From NCBI GenBank assembly GCA_902624465.1, contig CACNXP010000001.1, forward strand, positions 31,115 through 95,114: a DNA stretch of 64,000 nt, read 5' to 3'. Below the pieces are notes generated by a model. That model made no database searches, was not told where the DNA came from, and saw nothing but the letters and a program-made list of their open reading frames with translations. Positions 61,284 to 64,000 of the stretch are shown piece after piece. The stretch comes from an uncultured Pelagibacteraceae bacterium (GTDB lineage: Bacteria; Pseudomonadota; Alphaproteobacteria; Pelagibacterales; Pelagibacteraceae). Each line of letters opens with the position of its first letter. Positions within the stretch are counted from its first letter, which is position 1. The position numbers and the translations under genes were made by a program.

Positions 61284-61866
61284 AATTCTCATCGTACTTT
61301 TTTTTGGTTTGATTTTAAATGGATGTGCAGGTGTATCTTCTTCAGGAATTTTTGGAACAGGTGTAAGTGTGGCTATCGACCCGAGATCTTTGGGAACTCA
61401 GATAGATGACTCTTTAATGCAAAAAAATTTAACGGCGAGAATTTTACTAATGAATAAAAATTATCTTTTATCAGTAAAATCAAAAGTTCTAGATGGTAGA
61501 ATTTTTTTAACTGGAAAAGTTGATGAACCAGAGGAAAAATTAAAATTAACTAAAATTGCATGGGAAACCGATGGAGTAAGGTCAGTTAGAAATGATATTA
61601 AAATAAAAGAGGCATTTAATTTTAAACAATCAGCTAAAGATTTGTTAATAACCTCACAATTAAGAACTGCATTAATTTTAAATAAAGAAATTAAGGCAAC
61701 TAACTATCAAATAGATACCTATAAAAAGAAAATTTATATTTACGGAATTTCACTCACAAAAGATGAAAAGGATCTTGTGATTACAGAGGCAAAAGAAATT
61801 TTAGATGTTGATGATGTGATTGCTAGTATTTTGTTAGTAGATAATTTGAGAATTAAAACTAACTAA
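61273..61866 (+). CDS. BON-domain lipoprotein (DolP/YraP-like)
   Basis: LNGC lipobox, DPRSLGTQIDD and two BON repeats. Confidence 0.88.
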   Translation: MKNKILIVLFFGLILNGCAGVSSSGIFGTGVSVAIDPRSLGTQIDDSLMQKNLTARILLMNKNYLLSVKSKVLDGRIFLTGKVDEPEEKLKLTKIAWETDGVRSVRNDIKIKEAFNFKQSAKDLLITSQLRTALILNKEIKATNYQIDTYKKKIYIYGISLTKDEKDLVITEAKEILDVDDVIASILLVDNLRIKTN

Positions 61867-64000
61867 TTTTTTTTATAATCAATTACATCAGCTGAATAAG
61901 CTGCAATAGAAGCTAAATTTAAAATATCTGACGTTGATGATCTTAAAGGTGCTATCTCAATAGGTAAACCCAAACCAATTAATAAAGGTCCAATTACCTT
62001 TGCTCTACTCATTGACTTAATCATCTTATATGAAATAGCAGCACTATGTTGGCTTGGCATAATTAAAACATTTGAGTTACCAACTATTTCTGAAAACGGA
62101 TAAAGTTCTTTATACATTTCCTCTAAAGCAACATCTGGCTGCATCTCACCATCAAATTTAAAATCAACTTTTTCATTTTTTAAAATTTCAACAGCATCAC
62201 TCAGTCTTTTTGTTCTATCTGTAGCTGGCTCTCCAAAAGTAGAGTGAGATAAAAAAGCAACTTTCGGATCAAAACCAAATAATTTTGCAACCCTAGCTGC
62301 TGATTTTGCCATTTCAGCCAATTGTTTTGCGTCTGGATATTCTATTACCGATGTATCGCAAATAAAGATTGTTTTACCCCGATTTACAACTAGGTTTAAT
62401 CCGAACATAATTTCTCCTGGTCTAGGATCAACAACTTTGATAATTTTTTCTAGTGAAGATGAATATCTTCTTGTATTTCCAGTTATCATTGCATCTGCAT
62501 CTTGACATGCAACCATACATGATGCCCAAATAACTCTATCGTTTCTTACAAGTCTATCACAATCCCATTCCAACATTCCCTTTTCTCTTTGAAGTTTTTT
62601 AAATAAATATTTTACATATTTTTCTCTTTTAGTGGTGTCTTTTGAGTTTACAATCTCAATATCAAAATTTTCATTGTAACCTATTTTTTTTATTTGATTT
62701 TTAATAAGTTCCTCTTTTCCGACTAAAATTGGTATTCCTAAGTCAGAGTTTTTAAAAGCAATTGCAGCCTTAAGTGTATTTTCATCTTCACCATCAGCAA
62801 AAACAACTTTTTTTTGTTTTTTCTTTATATAACTATTTACACCTTGCATAATTGTTACAGTTGGATCTAATCTTTGTTTTAGTTGGTCTTTATAGATTTC
62901 AAAATTATCAATTTTCTTTCTTGCCACTCCAGTTTCAATAGCAGCTTTGGCAACTGCAGCTGGTATAACACTTATCAATCTTGGATCGAATGTTGATGGT
63001 ATAATATAATCTTTTCCATAGTGAGGTCTTTCACCTCCCATTGCAGCAATTACCTCATCAGGCACATCTTCTTTAGCTAGTTTTGCAATTGCATGTGCAG
63101 CTGCAATTTTCATATCCTCATTAATTGTTTTTGAACGTACATCTAATGCACCTCTAAAAATATATGGAAACCCTATTAAATTATTTACTTGATTAGGGTA
63201 ATCTGACCTTCCAGTTGCTATAATTGCATCATCTCTTACTTCTTCAATTTCCTCAGGTGTAATTTCTGGGTCAGGATTAGCACAGGCAAATATAATTGGA
63301 TTTTTTGCCATTTTTTTTACCATGTCTTTAGTTAACGCTCCTTTTGCAGATAATCCCAAAAAAACATCTGCATTAGTAATAGCATCATCTAAAGCTCTGT
63401 CTTTTGTTTCAATTGCATGACTTGATTTCCACTGATTCAAATTATCTCGACCTCTATAAATGACCCCTGTTCTGTCTATCATTGTAATATTTTTTTGGGG
63501 TACACCCGTCTTTTTAAATAAGTTAGCACAAGCCATAGCTGACGCTCCAGCGCCATTTACAACTATTTTAACTTTATCAATTTTTTTTTTACTAATGTCC
63601 AAAGCATTAATTAGAGCTGCAGTTGTGATAATTGCAGTTCCATGCTGATCATCATGAAACACAGGTATATCAAGTACTTCTTTGAGCTTTTCCTCAATAA
63701 TAAAACAATCAGGAGCAGCAATATCCTCAAGATTAATACCTCCAAAACTTGGAGCAAAATTTTTTATACTATTTATGATTTCATCTGGATTTTCCGAGTC
63801 TATCTCTAAATCAATTGAATCAATATCAGCAAATCTTTTAAATAAAACAGCCTTACCTTCCATCACTGGTTTAGATGCTAACGCACCTAAATTTCCCATC
63901 CCCAAAATTGCAGAGCCATTACTGATTACTGCAACAAGGTTTCCTTTACTTGTATAATCAAACACAGCCTCAGGATTATCACTGATTGCTCTTACAGGAG
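61863..64000 (-). CDS. maeB: NADP-dependent malic enzyme with PTA-like domain; 5' end outside the window
   Basis: KPVMEGK, INLEDI, HDDQHGTA, ATGRSDYPNQVNN and DGEMQPD motifs. Confidence 0.95.
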   Translation of the reverse strand, partial: PVRAISDNPEAVFDYTSKGNLVAVISNGSAILGMGNLGALASKPVMEGKAVLFKRFADIDSIDLEIDSENPDEIINSIKNFAPSFGGINLEDIAAPDCFIIEEKLKEVLDIPVFHDDQHGTAIITTAALINALDISKKKIDKVKIVVNGAGASAMACANLFKKTGVPQKNITMIDRTGVIYRGRDNLNQWKSSHAIETKDRALDDAITNADVFLGLSAKGALTKDMVKKMAKNPIIFACANPDPEITPEEIEEVRDDAIIATGRSDYPNQVNNLIGFPYIFRGALDVRSKTINEDMKIAAAHAIAKLAKEDVPDEVIAAMGGERPHYGKDYIIPSTFDPRLISVIPAAVAKAAIETGVARKKIDNFEIYKDQLKQRLDPTVTIMQGVNSYIKKKQKKVVFADGEDENTLKAAIAFKNSDLGIPILVGKEELIKNQIKKIGYNENFDIEIVNSKDTTKREKYVKYLFKKLQREKGMLEWDCDRLVRNDRVIWASCMVACQDADAMITGNTRRYSSSLEKIIKVVDPRPGEIMFGLNLVVNRGKTIFICDTSVIEYPDAKQLAEMAKSAARVAKLFGFDPKVAFLSHSTFGEPATDRTKRLSDAVEILKNEKVDFKFDGEMQPDVALEEMYKELYPFSEIVGNSNVLIMPSQHSAAISYKMIKSMSRAKVIGPLLIGLGLPIEIAPLRSSTSDILNLASIAAYSADVIDYKKN

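Overview
A 64-kb, very AT-rich, densely coding stretch of an alphaproteobacterial chromosome. Gene content, short spacers and protein style point to a streamlined Pelagibacterales (SAR11) genome; this assignment is inferred, not database-checked. The window spans the probable replication origin (DUF299/hemE spacer) and the rho-mnmE-mnmG-rsmG-parA-parB cluster with a perfect parS. Core loci include hemC/tsaD, acs-actP, rpe-purH, tRNA-Gly, ftsK-lolA, hisBHAFE, hslVU, secB, dnaQ-coaE-aroE-maf, hemEHG, holA-lptE-leuS, a major porin, nth-dapB, dnaJ-dnaK-grpE, rdgB, rsmI and maeB. No prophage, transposase, integrase, rRNA or CRISPR array was seen. Notable points: (1) modification enzymes sit singly or paired between core genes (two SPINDLY/OGT-like GT41 paralogs, a PAPS sulfotransferase, a SAM methyltransferase, a GT4 glycosyltransferase), possibly a dispersed glycan/protein modification system; (2) three small ORFs are missing from the ORF track: an ArfA-like ribosome-rescue peptide, a his-operon lipoprotein and a two-TM protein; (3) hemG occupies the usual hemJ position; (4) a CenR-like regulator has a decayed receiver domain; (5) Acs carries a Lys-rich N-terminal extension.
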